The position numbers and the translations under genes were made by a program. A stretch of DNA of 64,000 nucleotides, taken from NCBI GenBank assembly GCA_963772455.1, contig CAVYXJ010000007.1, positions 422,579 through 486,578 on the forward strand. The letters run 5' to 3'. Positions 20,024 through 30,775 of the stretch are shown here, piece by piece. The stretch is from Candidatus Bathyarchaeota archaeon (GTDB taxonomy: Archaea > Thermoproteota > Bathyarchaeia > Bathyarchaeales > Bathycorpusculaceae). The stretch's first letter is position 1. The number at the start of each line of letters is the position of its first letter. The notes beneath the pieces were generated by a model. That model saw only the letters and a list, made by a program, of their open reading frames with translations. It did no database searches and was not told the DNA's origin.

Positions 20024-21841
20024 TTGGTGTATTCAATGAAGCGAAAGCATGCAATCCTCTTGATTATATCTTTTTCTTTACTTGCCATTTTGCCAGCTGT
20101 TTTGCCATCTGGAATTGTATCAGCTCAAACAAGTGGTTACACAATTGATAAAGTTGATCACCAGATTCAAATCATGTATTCGGGACACGTAGTAATTCTA
20201 GACACCATCCATGTTTCAGGACAGGTAACTGATGGCTTTATGATTGGTCTACCCTACAAGTACGGCACCAATTTACTCAAGGGAATAGCATACGACGAAA
20301 CGCACACTTATCAAATGAATTTAGGAGTTCAACTGGGTGAAACCAGTGGACTTTATGGTGCAACAGTGGATTTCAAAGGAAACACCCCGAATGTTTTCAC
20401 AGTTGCTTTTGTCCTATCCAATCAACTCATCACTGAACAAGAGAGCAGCGTTGACACTCTTGATTTTCCAGCTTACCCCAGCTTAGCCAAAAATGTTGGA
20501 ACTTGTAATGTTACAATCACTTTTCCCAGTGCACCTACAACTATAACAATCACCAAAGATGATGGAGTCATTAACAATGCAATTTATACAAAAACAAACC
20601 TTCCAGCATTCACAAACTCTCCAGCTTCAGCTATCTTCCAAGTGCCCAGCGGAACACTACAGTTAGCCTCCATAACCAGTTTAAACCGTGAAATAACAAT
20701 AGAACCAACAGGTAAAATAAACGTAGAAGATAACTATCGAATAACCAGCAACTCCTCAACTACTCTAAAAGCGTTCGTTGTAAGTTTACCATTCGACGCT
20801 TCTAATATAATAATAAGGGATGCATTTGGAAAAGCGTTAGTTACCGACCTTGCTTATTCCGCAACTGGCAACATTTTTCTCGCTAACTCAACTCTACAAA
20901 CATTTTTGACCAGTGGACAATCAACAACTCTAATTGCGCAATACACAGTAACCGGTGCAACATTACAAAACTCCAACTACGTTCTATCGGATTTTAAACT
21001 CTTTCCAAACTTCGCTTACGTCGTCAACAAAGCAACCATAACATTTACACCCCCAGAAGGAGCAACAATCACTAGTCCACAAGCAGTATCTCTCGATTCG
21101 TCTTCAACCTTGACAAGGCAAACGTACCAAGACATCCTTACAATAACAAAAGAAAGCTTAAGCTACGTAGATTACCTTGTACCTCAACAAAACTCAATCC
21201 AACTATCCTTTGATTACAATCCAGTGTGGGTTTCTTTGAGACCTACCTTTTGGGCATTAATTATAGCATCTGTTGGATGCATAACCATCTTTTTTGTTAG
21301 AAGACATCAACCTAAAGAAGAAACATACGCAGATAAAACTGAACGATTAAAAAGACTTGAAACTGAAACTAAAACCATAACACAGACAAAAGAAGTTGAA
21401 CCAAAAACAGATCAAATTATTTCTGCAGATGCCATAAGAGAGTTCATCGACGCTTATGAAGACAAGAAAGAGTTAACCTCTGAACTAAAATCGATGGATT
21501 CAAAAGCGCAGAAAGGAAAGATACCAAGACGCCAATATAAAGTACAAAAAAGCGCTATAGAGACACGTTTACAAATCATAAACAGAAACATTAAAAGAAC
21601 AAAAGAAAACTTCAAAGGTACAACCGGCGGGTATGCAGATTTAGCTAAACAACTAGATTTGGCAGAGTCAGATTTAGATGAAGCTGAAGAAAACATCAAA
21701 ACCTTGGAATCACGACAAAGCAAAGGAGAGATTTCACTTGAAATGTACAAGAAAAACATTGGCGACTACAGAAAACAACGAGATAAAGCTGAATCAGCCA
21801 TCAATGGAATCTTGCTTAGATTACGTGAAAAAATACGTTAA
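20024..21841 (+). CDS. Ribophorin-I-like type I membrane protein with C-terminal coiled coils
   Basis: Signal peptide, two beta-rich repeats (KVDHQIQIMYSGHVVILDTI / SLNREITIEPTGKINVEDNY), single TM, charged helical tail. Confidence 0.65.
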   Translation: MVYSMKRKHAILLIISFSLLAILPAVLPSGIVSAQTSGYTIDKVDHQIQIMYSGHVVILDTIHVSGQVTDGFMIGLPYKYGTNLLKGIAYDETHTYQMNLGVQLGETSGLYGATVDFKGNTPNVFTVAFVLSNQLITEQESSVDTLDFPAYPSLAKNVGTCNVTITFPSAPTTITITKDDGVINNAIYTKTNLPAFTNSPASAIFQVPSGTLQLASITSLNREITIEPTGKINVEDNYRITSNSSTTLKAFVVSLPFDASNIIIRDAFGKALVTDLAYSATGNIFLANSTLQTFLTSGQSTTLIAQYTVTGATLQNSNYVLSDFKLFPNFAYVVNKATITFTPPEGATITSPQAVSLDSSSTLTRQTYQDILTITKESLSYVDYLVPQQNSIQLSFDYNPVWVSLRPTFWALIIASVGCITIFFVRRHQPKEETYADKTERLKRLETETKTITQTKEVEPKTDQIISADAIREFIDAYEDKKELTSELKSMDSKAQKGKIPRRQYKVQKSAIETRLQIINRNIKRTKENFKGTTGGYADLAKQLDLAESDLDEAEENIKTLESRQSKGEISLEMYKKNIGDYRKQRDKAESAINGILLRLREKIR

Positions 21842-21908
21842 AACACCTAAACCCTTTTATTTTACTGATCAACTTTTGGAGTAAAATATCCTAGAGGTAA
21901 GACAAAAA

Positions 21909-22088
21909 ATGGTAAAAATAGTTGTCGATCCTAAATGCACTGGATGCGAGACTTGTGTCAACACTTGCCCTGTCGGTGTATATGAAATCAAAGCCGGCAA
22001 ATCAGTACCTAGCAAGTCAAGTGAATGCTTGGTTTGTAGAGCTTGTGAAGCACAATGTCCTGAAGGTGCAATTCAGGTAATCGAATAA
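21909..22088 (+). CDS. 2x[4Fe-4S] ferredoxin (not in ORF track)
   Basis: 59 aa: CTGCETCVNTCP and CLVCRACEAQCP; GAGGT RBS. Confidence 0.93.
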   Translation: MVKIVVDPKCTGCETCVNTCPVGVYEIKAGKSVPSKSSECLVCRACEAQCPEGAIQVIE

Positions 22089-22219
22089 ACCAAAGTTTTG
22101 TGATTAATCTCTCCCTAATGTGAGAGAGTTTTCCCTTTTATTAGTAAAAATTTTTTCGCAAAAACAATTTTTGGAATCCCAAAGACTACGGATTTATATA
22201 ATTAGAAAGCAGAAGCTTT

Positions 22220-22330
22220 TTAATCTTCGATATTTAACAGAAATTCGACTATCCTGGCGAGCTGTTTTGCAGTTGCACCATCAAGGATTTGCTCGTCCTC
22301 TAAGTTTATGAGCGATTTATCGGTTTGCAT
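22220..22330 (-). CDS. Candidate 36-aa small protein
   Basis: MQTDKSLINLEDEQILDGATAKQLARIVEFLLNIED*; TTATAA about 25 nt upstream of the ATG. Confidence 0.4.
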   Translation of the reverse strand: MQTDKSLINLEDEQILDGATAKQLARIVEFLLNIED

Positions 22331-22566
22331 AGTCTTTCTAATAGCCACTTTTGTTATAACAATATCTCTGGTATTTACTTCGAAGTTCGAAGTAGCAGAA
22401 AATAAAAATTTGAAGTTTATACCTTTTCATGTTAATTCATCAACATTGGCTTAACATAATAACATATCAATTTGAATTAAAAACATATAAGACTGGATTT
22501 TTATGTAAAAAATACCCTGATTAAAAAAAGCAAAAGTTATATGCTAAAACCCAATAGATTTTGATT

Positions 22567-22842
22567 ATGCCAGACAAAGTACACTGTTGCCACATATTAG
22601 TCAAAACAGAAACCGAAGCAAAAAACGCCAAGGCCCGCCTAGACAAAGGCGAAAAATTTGGCGCTGTTGCACAACAAGTCTCTCTTTGCCCATCAGGAAA
22701 GAAAGGCGGAGACCTCGGCACTTTTACTAGAGGTAAAATGGTTAAGGAATTTGAGAAAGCTGCTTTCGAACTTGAAAAAGGACAAACTTCCGTTCCAGTT
22801 AAGACCAAATTCGGGTACCACATAATAAAAAGAATAGAATAA
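22567..22842 (+). CDS. Parvulin-type peptidyl-prolyl isomerase
   Basis: HILVK, SLCPSGKKGGDLG, MVKEFE, KTKFGYHII. Confidence 0.93.
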   Translation: MPDKVHCCHILVKTETEAKNAKARLDKGEKFGAVAQQVSLCPSGKKGGDLGTFTRGKMVKEFEKAAFELEKGQTSVPVKTKFGYHIIKRIE

Positions 22843-22921
22843 AATAATTACAAAAGCTAAAGCTACATTGAAAAGGAATTTCTAATTCACACATTATTAC
22901 CTACCAGTAAAGGAAAGAAAA

Positions 22922-23671
22922 GTGAGACCCTTAAATTTTCAGCTCTTCAAGACTGAATTACCGTTATTTTTAGCTTGCTTAGTAGCACTTTTAGGTTTTT
23001 TGTTTGTAACAATTTTTAGGGTAAACTTTCATTCAGTTGATGTAGGTGTTAACCTATGGATTCCAACAATACAATCAATTACTTTAACATTTTTTGCCAA
23101 AGGAATCGCCCTAATTTTTGACACTATTAGCCTTGTAATAATTTCTCTGGTAATATCGAGTGTTTTATTCTTGAAGAATTTCAAAGTACAGGGTCTTCTG
23201 CTTCTAGGATCAATGGGCGGCGATGCCTTGATTGTTTCAGTCTTTAAAACCTTGATACACATTGAAAGACCGACAAATGGAGTTTACTTCAATGCAGGTT
23301 TTTCATATCCAAGCGGTCATAGTGCAAGTTGTATAGTTTTTGGAGGGGTCCTTGCTTATTTTGCTTGGCGACACTGGCAAAGTATGCGTTCGAAAAGTCT
23401 GATTAGTGTAGGTTTGGGGTTTATTATTGGGGTTGTGGGTTTTGATAGAGTTTATTTGAATGTTCATTGGTTTAGCGATGTTATTGGCGGTTGGTTAGTT
23501 GGAGCTTTTTGGCTGTTATTCATTATTTTGATTTTCCGACATTTGAACACAAAAAGAAAAATTCAATATTACAAATTCAACCTAATTACAAACATAGTGT
23601 TTGGCTTGGCGGTAGTAACTTCTGTTTTAATTATTGTTTTGGATATTTTTGGTTTTTCCATGTTTTTTTAA
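22922..23671 (+). CDS. PAP2 family membrane phosphatase
   Basis: KxxxxxxRP, SYPSGH, DRVYLNVHWFSDV. Confidence 0.88.
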   Translation: MRPLNFQLFKTELPLFLACLVALLGFLFVTIFRVNFHSVDVGVNLWIPTIQSITLTFFAKGIALIFDTISLVIISLVISSVLFLKNFKVQGLLLLGSMGGDALIVSVFKTLIHIERPTNGVYFNAGFSYPSGHSASCIVFGGVLAYFAWRHWQSMRSKSLISVGLGFIIGVVGFDRVYLNVHWFSDVIGGWLVGAFWLLFIILIFRHLNTKRKIQYYKFNLITNIVFGLAVVTSVLIIVLDIFGFSMFF

Positions 23672-23752
23672 TTATTAGAGACATATCTTGTAAAAAAACA
23701 CATTAATATTGATAAATGACTCGCAACATAACATCTTGGAGAGAGAAAGATC

Positions 23753-25861
23753 ATGACTATTGTACGAGACCCCGTTTGTGGAATGGATGTAGATACAGAA
23801 AATGCCCTTAGTGCGAAAATAGGCGATCGTACATACTACTTCTGCAGCCAACAATGCCTCGATGTCTACACTGCACCCGAACGAGAACTAAAAGCAATGC
23901 AACGTCGAGTAGCATTCACTCTAGCGGGTGCTATAGCTGCTCTGGGACTCAAAGTAATCACACTTTTCGGTCTAATTGCAACAATAATGTATTTTGAAGT
24001 AGTAGGTGGACTTCGAATTTATGACATAGCCATATTCATTGTTTCAACACCAATTGTTTGGATCGCAGGCTATAGAATTTACAAAGGAGCTTTTCAATCT
24101 CTTAAAAATCGCAACATAAACATGGATGTACTAGTGACCGTTGGAGTTCTAGCAGGCTGGATTTACGGAATTCTAAACGTCTTCGTTCTACCTTCAGCTG
24201 AAGCTGGAACAGGTTACATGGAAGTAGCCATCGGCATCCTCGCATTTGTTTTACTTGGTCGATACATCGAAGAATTAATTCGACGTCGCTCAGCTGCCTC
24301 AATACGCAAACTGCTCGAACTTCAACCAACAATGGCACGTGTTGTCAGAGACGGAAAAGAAATCGATATGCCTATTGATGAAGTGAAGGTAGGCGACGTA
24401 ATTATAGTTAAACCAGGAGAAAAAATCCCCGTCGACGGCACTGTAACTGAAGGGTATTCGTCGGTTGATGAAAAATTGTTGACTGGAGAGAGCATTCCTG
24501 TAGAGAAAATTGTAGGAAGCGAAGTTGTAGGTGCAACAATCAACAAAACAGGTATCTTAACAATAAATGCTACAAGAGTCGGAGACGAAACTGCATTATC
24601 ACAAATCGTTCATTTGGTGGAAGAAGCGCAATCTTCAAGTGCCCCTGTGCAGAGATTCGCTGACCGTATAGTAAAATATTTTGTCCCTACAATTTTGACA
24701 GTTGCTGCAGTCTCATTTACCTATTGGTATATTACCACAGGCAACTTTGCAACAGCATTTCTAGCTTTGTTAGCTGTTGTCCTAATTTCTTGCCCATGTG
24801 CTTTAGGCATAGCAACTCCGACAGCAATCCTTGCAGGTGTCGGAAAAGGAGCAGAATATGGTGTATTACTTCGAAGTGGTGAATATGTTGAGAAAGCACG
24901 AAAACTTACAACCGTTATTTTCGACAAAACAGGAACACTAACAAAAGGAGAACCTAGCGTAACCGACATCAAAACCTACTTCGGATTCACCCAGCAAGAT
25001 GTACTTAAGTTTGCGGGTTCTGCTGAAAAGAATTCAGAGCACCCATTAGCCGAAGCGATATTAAAGAAAACTCTAGAAGAAAACATAACTCTCGCAATAG
25101 CCGACAAGTTTGAAGCACTCCCGGGAAAAGGAATCCAATGTACGATAGAAGACAAGATTGTGTTTTTGGGAAACAGAAAACTAATGCAGGAAAAGAATAT
25201 TTCAACAAATGATATGGAAAGCGATTTTTCAACATTGGAAACTGAAGGAAAAACCGTAATGATACTTGCGGTTAACGGTAAAATAGTAGGTGCAGTAGCA
25301 GCTATGGATACAGTAAAAGAAAGTGCTGCCCCAGCTGTCGAGTTGCTCAAGAACATGAATTTGGAAGTTGCAATGTTAACAGGCGACAACGAAATCACGG
25401 CACAAGCAATTGCTAAACAAGTAGGCATTACCCAAGTTATCTCGAACGTTCTACCTTGGCAAAAAGAAGAAGTCATTAAAAAATTGCAAAGTCAAGGAAA
25501 AGTAGTCGCTATGGTTGGCGATGGAATAAACGACGCCCCAGCGTTGGCAAAAGCAGACATCGGCATTGCCATTGGGAGCGGAACCGACATAGCTAAAGAA
25601 ACAGGCGGCATCGTTTTGATCCGCGATGACTTGAGAGATGTAGCGTTAGGTGTGGAGCTAAGCAAGAAGACAATGCGGAAAATCGATACTAACCTGTTTT
25701 GGGCCTTCGCTTACAACGTGGTAATGATTCCAATTGCAGCCGCGGGTTTGCTAAATCCAATGTATGCGGCTGGAGCAATGGCAATAAGCAGTCTAACTGT
25801 GGTCAGTAATTCGGCACTGTTAAAACTTGCTAAGTTTAAATCAATCAAAGTAAAACAATAA
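23753..25861 (+). CDS. copA: Cu(I)-type P1B ATPase with N-terminal YHS domain
   Basis: DPVCGM...YYFCS YHS; [25 protein letters not shown] and MAISS. Confidence 0.92.
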   Translation: MTIVRDPVCGMDVDTENALSAKIGDRTYYFCSQQCLDVYTAPERELKAMQRRVAFTLAGAIAALGLKVITLFGLIATIMYFEVVGGLRIYDIAIFIVSTPIVWIAGYRIYKGAFQSLKNRNINMDVLVTVGVLAGWIYGILNVFVLPSAEAGTGYMEVAIGILAFVLLGRYIEELIRRRSAASIRKLLELQPTMARVVRDGKEIDMPIDEVKVGDVIIVKPGEKIPVDGTVTEGYSSVDEKLLTGESIPVEKIVGSEVVGATINKTGILTINATRVGDETALSQIVHLVEEAQSSSAPVQRFADRIVKYFVPTILTVAAVSFTYWYITTGNFATAFLALLAVVLISCPCALGIATPTAILAGVGKGAEYGVLLRSGEYVEKARKLTTVIFDKTGTLTKGEPSVTDIKTYFGFTQQDVLKFAGSAEKNSEHPLAEAILKKTLEENITLAIADKFEALPGKGIQCTIEDKIVFLGNRKLMQEKNISTNDMESDFSTLETEGKTVMILAVNGKIVGAVAAMDTVKESAAPAVELLKNMNLEVAMLTGDNEITAQAIAKQVGITQVISNVLPWQKEEVIKKLQSQGKVVAMVGDGINDAPALAKADIGIAIGSGTDIAKETGGIVLIRDDLRDVALGVELSKKTMRKIDTNLFWAFAYNVVMIPIAAAGLLNPMYAAGAMAISSLTVVSNSALLKLAKFKSIKVKQ

Positions 25862-25875
25862 ACATTCAAAGTGAG

Positions 25876-26079
25876 GTGAAAAAAGGAATGATTAAAGATC
25901 CAATTTGTGGCATGATGGTTGACGAGAAGAAAGCAAAATTCAAATCTGACTACAACGGCAAAACATTCTATTTCTGCGCAGCATCTTGCAAAGCAACTTT
26001 CGATAAGTCTCCTGCAAAATACGCTGGGAACCCTGGAACATCAGGACACTCCTGCAATTGCGGTCATGATCACTGCTAA
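25876..26079 (+). CDS. YHS-domain metal chaperone with His/Cys tail
   Basis: KDPICGM, FYFCAASC, HSCNCGHDHC. Confidence 0.85.
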   Translation: MKKGMIKDPICGMMVDEKKAKFKSDYNGKTFYFCAASCKATFDKSPAKYAGNPGTSGHSCNCGHDHC

Positions 26080-26155
26080 ACCTTAAAGATTTAGTCTTAA
26101 CGTTTTTTTCTTTTTGTTTATTAATAATGTTTTCTTCAGGTTCTTCTTGTGCAGT

Positions 26156-26845
26156 TTAGGGCAATTTGATTTTTTCAGTTACGGGCAGCGGTGGTAGAGG
26201 TTTGAAGGCACCCAATAAGACATGCTCTGCGAATAAGTCCTCGTTGAAAGCTCCAACAAACTCAACAGTTTCATTAATTATTATCTTTGGTACTCCAATC
26301 ACATTGTACTTCATTGCTAAGTCTGGGAATTCGCTGCTTTCTATAACGTCTGATTTAACCATGTCACTTTCGATGGCTAATTTATGGGCTACAGAAGCTG
26401 CGGCAGGGCAGTGCGGACAGGTTAAGGTAACGAAAACTTGTATATGAACGGGCTCTTTAACTTCGGTCAAAATCTGTTTAGTTTTCTCCGAAAGATCAGT
26501 TTTACCCTTGGACACATTAATTATTGCTTCAATCAAAGTTTGAAGTTCATATCCATATGGTATTCCATATATACGGACGCCATAGTCTTTTTTTCCTATA
26601 ATGGCTAACGCTGGAATCTTGTTAATTCCATATTCTTTTACCCTTGCAACGTCTGCCACAAAATCGTAAATTTCAGTTGTTATTTTGGGGTCAAGGGTGG
26701 CTAGTTCTTGTGCGAGTTTTCTTGTGTCCGAGCAATATCGACACTCAAATTCTTGTGAGAAAACTATAATTTTTACTGGGGCAACTAGTTTTTCCATAAA
26801 ATCTTTTTTAAGTAACTCTTTTTTATCCTCAGGTAATAGACTCAA
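26156..26845 (-). CDS. Protein disulfide oxidoreductase (two thioredoxin folds)
   Basis: CRYC and CPHC active sites, GIPYGYE, VIGVP. Confidence 0.88.
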   Translation of the reverse strand: MSLLPEDKKELLKKDFMEKLVAPVKIIVFSQEFECRYCSDTRKLAQELATLDPKITTEIYDFVADVARVKEYGINKIPALAIIGKKDYGVRIYGIPYGYELQTLIEAIINVSKGKTDLSEKTKQILTEVKEPVHIQVFVTLTCPHCPAAASVAHKLAIESDMVKSDVIESSEFPDLAMKYNVIGVPKIIINETVEFVGAFNEDLFAEHVLLGAFKPLPPLPVTEKIKLP

Positions 26846-27001
26846 ACTTTCAGCCTCACAAAACACTTACGAGTTATTACGGCTATTAGGTAAACTTTGT
26901 TGTTCCGACATATAACTCTACACTTACCAGATGATTTTGGAACGAAACTCATATAAGAGTTTTCACGAGTTTTTCTTTGTTAAGTTTTGGAGAAGATAGA
27001 T

Positions 27002-28191
27002 ATGGTTAAAGTTGCCTTAAAAGATGGAATTTATTGGGTTGGCGTCGTCGATTGGAATATCCGTGATTTCCATGGTTATATTACCAATAGAGGAAGCAGC
27101 TACAACGCTTACTTAATCCAGGATGAGCAAACCGCTTTAATTGACACTGTCAAAAGCACTTTCTCGGATGAACTCATCCAAAAAATATCTGAATTAACTA
27201 CTTTTGATAAAATTGACTATATCATTGTTAACCACGTAGAAATGGACCATTCCAGCAGCCTACCAGTAATTGCAAAGCTTGCAAAAAATGCCTAGAATCT
27301 TCGCTTCACCAAGAGGAAGAGAAGCTTTAATCGACCATTTCGGCAGAGAATTTGAAAGGGTCGAAACTGTTAAGACTGGTGACGAAATTAAAGTAGGAAA
27401 GAAAACTCTACGTTTCGTCGAGGCACCAATGCTACATTGGCCCGATAGTATGTTCACATATCTTGTGGAAGACAAGATCTTAATGCCAAACGACGCTTTT
27501 GGCCAGCATCTTGCCTAGTTCACAAAGATTTGACGACCAAGTTGATAACCACATATTGATGGAAGAAGCTACAATGTATTACTCCAACATTCTCATGCCG
27601 CTGGCACCGCTGATTATACGTAAGATTCAGGAAGTAATTCAAATGGGGATTCCCATCGAAATGATTGCTCCAAGCCACGGCGTAGTCTGGCGAAAGGATC
27701 CTATGAAAATAGTAAATGCTTACATGAACTGGAGCGTAGGGGAAACAAAAAATAAGGCAGTTATTGTTTTTGATACAATGTGGCATAGCACCGATAAAAT
27801 GGCTCGCGCCATAGCAGATGGCTTGACAAACCAAGGAGTCGAAGTAAAAATCTTCAAGCTACGAGCATACGCAATGTCAGAAGCCATAACCGAAATCCTA
27901 GATGCAAAAGCAGTCCTTTTGGGTTCACCTACACTTAACAACTTGATGTTTCCAACTCTTAGCTCGTTTTTAATGTACGCGGCCGGTTTGAAACCAAAGG
28001 GCAAGCTTTGGGGTTTCTTTGGCTCTTACGGTTGGGGAGGCGGTGCAGTGAAAAGCATGATTAAAACAGCTAAAGAAGTAGGCTTCGACGTTTATGAGCC
28101 TGGTGTTGAAGTAAAATTTGTTCCGGACGGCGAAGACTTGAAAAAATGCTTTGAGTTTGGGCAACAAATAGCCCAAAAAATCAAAGTCTAA
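27002..28191 (+). CDS. fprA: Flavodiiron protein (A-type flavoprotein) with two +1 frameshifts (27291-27295, 27514-27518)
   Basis: GSSYNAY, NHVEMDH, LHWPDSM, NDAFGQH, APSHG, flavodoxin TMWHST and FGSYGWGG across three consecutive frames. Confidence 0.88.
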
Positions 28192-28200
28192 ATCTTTTTT

Positions 28201-28704
28201 TTAATTTATTTTCATGAATTTTTCTTTTGACGTAGCGCAGATTGGGCAAACATCTGGAGTTGAGCCTTCAAATGTGTTTCCACAAACAGGGCACACATAA
28301 TAGTCCACAAGGGCGAGTTCTTTTTTGTTTTTAAGCGCTTCTATTGCTTTTTGATATAGGTTTGCGTGGATTTGCTCAACTTTGTTTGCGTAGTCAAAGC
28401 TTAACAATGCAGGTTTGTTAGCTTCGTTTTTAGCGTCCGTAATGAAATCAGGATACATTTTCTTGAATTCGTAGGTTTCGCCTGAAACAGCTGTACCAAG
28501 GTTATCAAGGGTTGATTTTACTTGACCAGTTACTCGAAGGTGGTTAAGAGCATGGACGGTTTCTGCTTCAGCTGCAGCTCGAAATAATTTAGCTACCTGC
28601 GCAAATCCTTCTTCATTGGCTTTCCTAGCGAATGCCAAATACATTCTGTTAGCTTGAGATTCGCCTGCGAAAGCAGCTTTAAGGTTTTCATCAGTTTTAA
28701 CCAT
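28201..28704 (-). CDS. rbr: Rubrerythrin
   Basis: AFAGESQANRMY, ETVH, EQIH, C-terminal CPVCG/CPIC. Confidence 0.92.
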   Translation of the reverse strand: MVKTDENLKAAFAGESQANRMYLAFARKANEEGFAQVAKLFRAAAEAETVHALNHLRVTGQVKSTLDNLGTAVSGETYEFKKMYPDFITDAKNEANKPALLSFDYANKVEQIHANLYQKAIEALKNKKELALVDYYVCPVCGNTFEGSTPDVCPICATSKEKFMKIN

Positions 28705-28896
28705 AAAATTCACTTAACAAAGTAAATAGAAAAGCAAGTAATAAGCTATACCTTGCCATCAACAACTAAAAAATAAAGTGCGACCAAAATAGAGCCCACC
28801 CAAACAAACCGAATTTTTGTGCTATAGTAAATACTCAAGGTAAAGTATATTAATTGTTTTTTGCTTTGGAAGTATTGGATTTTTGGTGAAAATTTT

Positions 28897-29508
28897 ATGG
28901 AGAAAATAAAATCATTTACTCTACCCAAACTACCATATGATTACAATGCTCTCGCACCATACATTTCGGAGCAGCAGCTAAAACTCCACCATGACAAACA
29001 CCACCAAGCATACGTAAACGGCGCAAATGCAATCTTCGAAAAACTAGACAAAGCCCGAATCGAGAACGCGGATGTCGACATGAAAGCCATACTAAAAGAG
29101 TTATCTTTCAACATTGGCGGACACCTTTTACATTCTACTTTCTGGGAAAATATGGCGCCAGCAGGCAAAGGTGGAGGAAAACCTGGCGGAGCCGTAGCAG
29201 ATATGATTGATATGAGCTTTGGGAGTTTTGAGAGGTTTAAAAAAGAATTCACAACGGCGGCTACAAGTACTGAAGGATCTGGTTGGGCAGCTTTAGCTGT
29301 GCATCCATGTATCGGAAGACCAATTATAATGCAAATCGAAAAACACAATGTAAACGTTTGCCCAACATTTAACATCCTTATGGTTATTGATGTCTGGGAA
29401 CATGCATACTACCTTGATTACAAAAATGAACGACCGAAATTCATTGAAGCTTTCTGGAACTTAGTCAACTGGGATAAGGTCAACAAAAACCTCAGCCTTT
29501 TCAAGTAA
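28897..29508 (+). CDS. sod: Fe/Mn superoxide dismutase
   Basis: [30 protein letters not shown]. Confidence 0.95.
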   Translation: MEKIKSFTLPKLPYDYNALAPYISEQQLKLHHDKHHQAYVNGANAIFEKLDKARIENADVDMKAILKELSFNIGGHLLHSTFWENMAPAGKGGGKPGGAVADMIDMSFGSFERFKKEFTTAATSTEGSGWAALAVHPCIGRPIIMQIEKHNVNVCPTFNILMVIDVWEHAYYLDYKNERPKFIEAFWNLVNWDKVNKNLSLFK

Positions 29509-29608
29509 GCTCTCCGGCTTACTTTTTTTGCTAACTATAAAAAAAATAAATTTTGTTTGTAAAAAAACAATATCCTACATCCTTTCTAACTCTAATTGAA
29601 GAAATGCT

Positions 29609-30268
29609 CTATTTTCCGCTTTCTATTTTTTTAAATAAATCCATTTGCCTTTTAGTACATTCTCGCGTTATTCCTTTTTGAAGGTAGATAGATATTGCAG
29701 CTATACTTTTAGTCGGATCGTTTCTCATACTTATAGAATATAAGTGAATCAATTTAGTCCCCACGATATCTTTGGAGATCTGACCTTTGGTTAGAGTTAA
29801 AGCAAGTGAAATAGCGTCGTTAATTGAACTACCGGCTGCAACTATTCTAATTTCATTCAATTTTGCCAAACGCATAAGACTTATTGTCAAAAGACGTTCT
29901 ACAGTAGCCGCTCTGCTAACACTGATTGTTTGCTCCTCAACATCTTCCATTTCTTGTTCTTCCTGTTTAGCCAGACTTGCATAATCCCCTGCCTGTTTTT
30001 GTGTGAGATGCACTGAAATGGCTGATGTTTTTCCAAGATCTGGAACTTCAATATTTGAGATGCAAATGTCATCAATATAGACTTTGGCAATTTCAGTCGC
30101 CATATTTATTGATGAACAAACTAAAAATATGCCATCATTTATTCCGATTATGTCAACTTCACCTGCTTCCATTATTCCTGAGATTAATTCTTCAACAACA
30201 TCCGTAGTTTTTGAAGAAGCGTCAGATGGCCATATAACTAAAATCTTGTCTTTTGGATCTTGACTCAT
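29609..30268 (-). CDS. Divergent tandem Alba-like domain protein
   Basis: Two units resembling Alba (EVDIIGINDGIFLVCSSINMA / EIRIVAAGSSINDAISLA; TSAISVHL / IAAISIYL). Confidence 0.55.
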   Translation of the reverse strand: MSQDPKDKILVIWPSDASSKTTDVVEELISGIMEAGEVDIIGINDGIFLVCSSINMATEIAKVYIDDICISNIEVPDLGKTSAISVHLTQKQAGDYASLAKQEEQEMEDVEEQTISVSRAATVERLLTISLMRLAKLNEIRIVAAGSSINDAISLALTLTKGQISKDIVGTKLIHLYSISMRNDPTKSIAAISIYLQKGITRECTKRQMDLFKKIESGK

Positions 30269-30353
30269 TATGGTACACTAAACAATTATTTGGAGCATCT
30301 GCTAATATAATACTTTCACTAAAAAAGTGCAGTACCTAAATAATTAATTGACT

Positions 30354-30671
30354 TTAAGGTGAGGGAGTTATCTTTATTGCTTGTGCCGGACACTGCAGCT
30401 CGCAAGCTAAACATTGAATGCAGTCTTTTTCACGAGCAGGATCTGATTTTCGTTCAGAAACAGGATGACCGGGAGAATCAGCCCAATCATACAGCGAAAC
30501 CGGACAAACATCAATGCATACTCCATCTCCAACGCACACATCCCAATCTACAGCGCTGGATGTTCCGTGAATACCTAGTTTTTGCGGTGGTTCTACGGGG
30601 CCCCAAACTTTGTGGCCGTTATGTTCACTTACAACTTGTCGTTTAGTTTGAAAATCAGGGTCAATTGGCAA
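30354..30671 (-). CDS. Ferredoxin with His-containing N-terminal extension (Zn-ferredoxin-like)
   Basis: TTG start MPIDPDF; LGIHGT, CVGDGVCIDVCP, CIQCLACELQCP. Confidence 0.85.
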   Translation of the reverse strand: MPIDPDFQTKRQVVSEHNGHKVWGPVEPPQKLGIHGTSSAVDWDVCVGDGVCIDVCPVSLYDWADSPGHPVSERKSDPAREKDCIQCLACELQCPAQAIKITPSP

Positions 30672-30775
30672 AAATTTCACCACAAATACTTCAGGAAACC
30701 GCAAATATTAGGGTTTCTCTGTAGAAGCCGCAAAACATTTTGAGTCAATCATCATTAATATAATTTGGTTCGAAT

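Noticed and set aside
28746-28928. 60-aa hydrophobic ORF between rbr and sod
   Set aside because: It spans the divergent promoter, overlaps sod and has no motif
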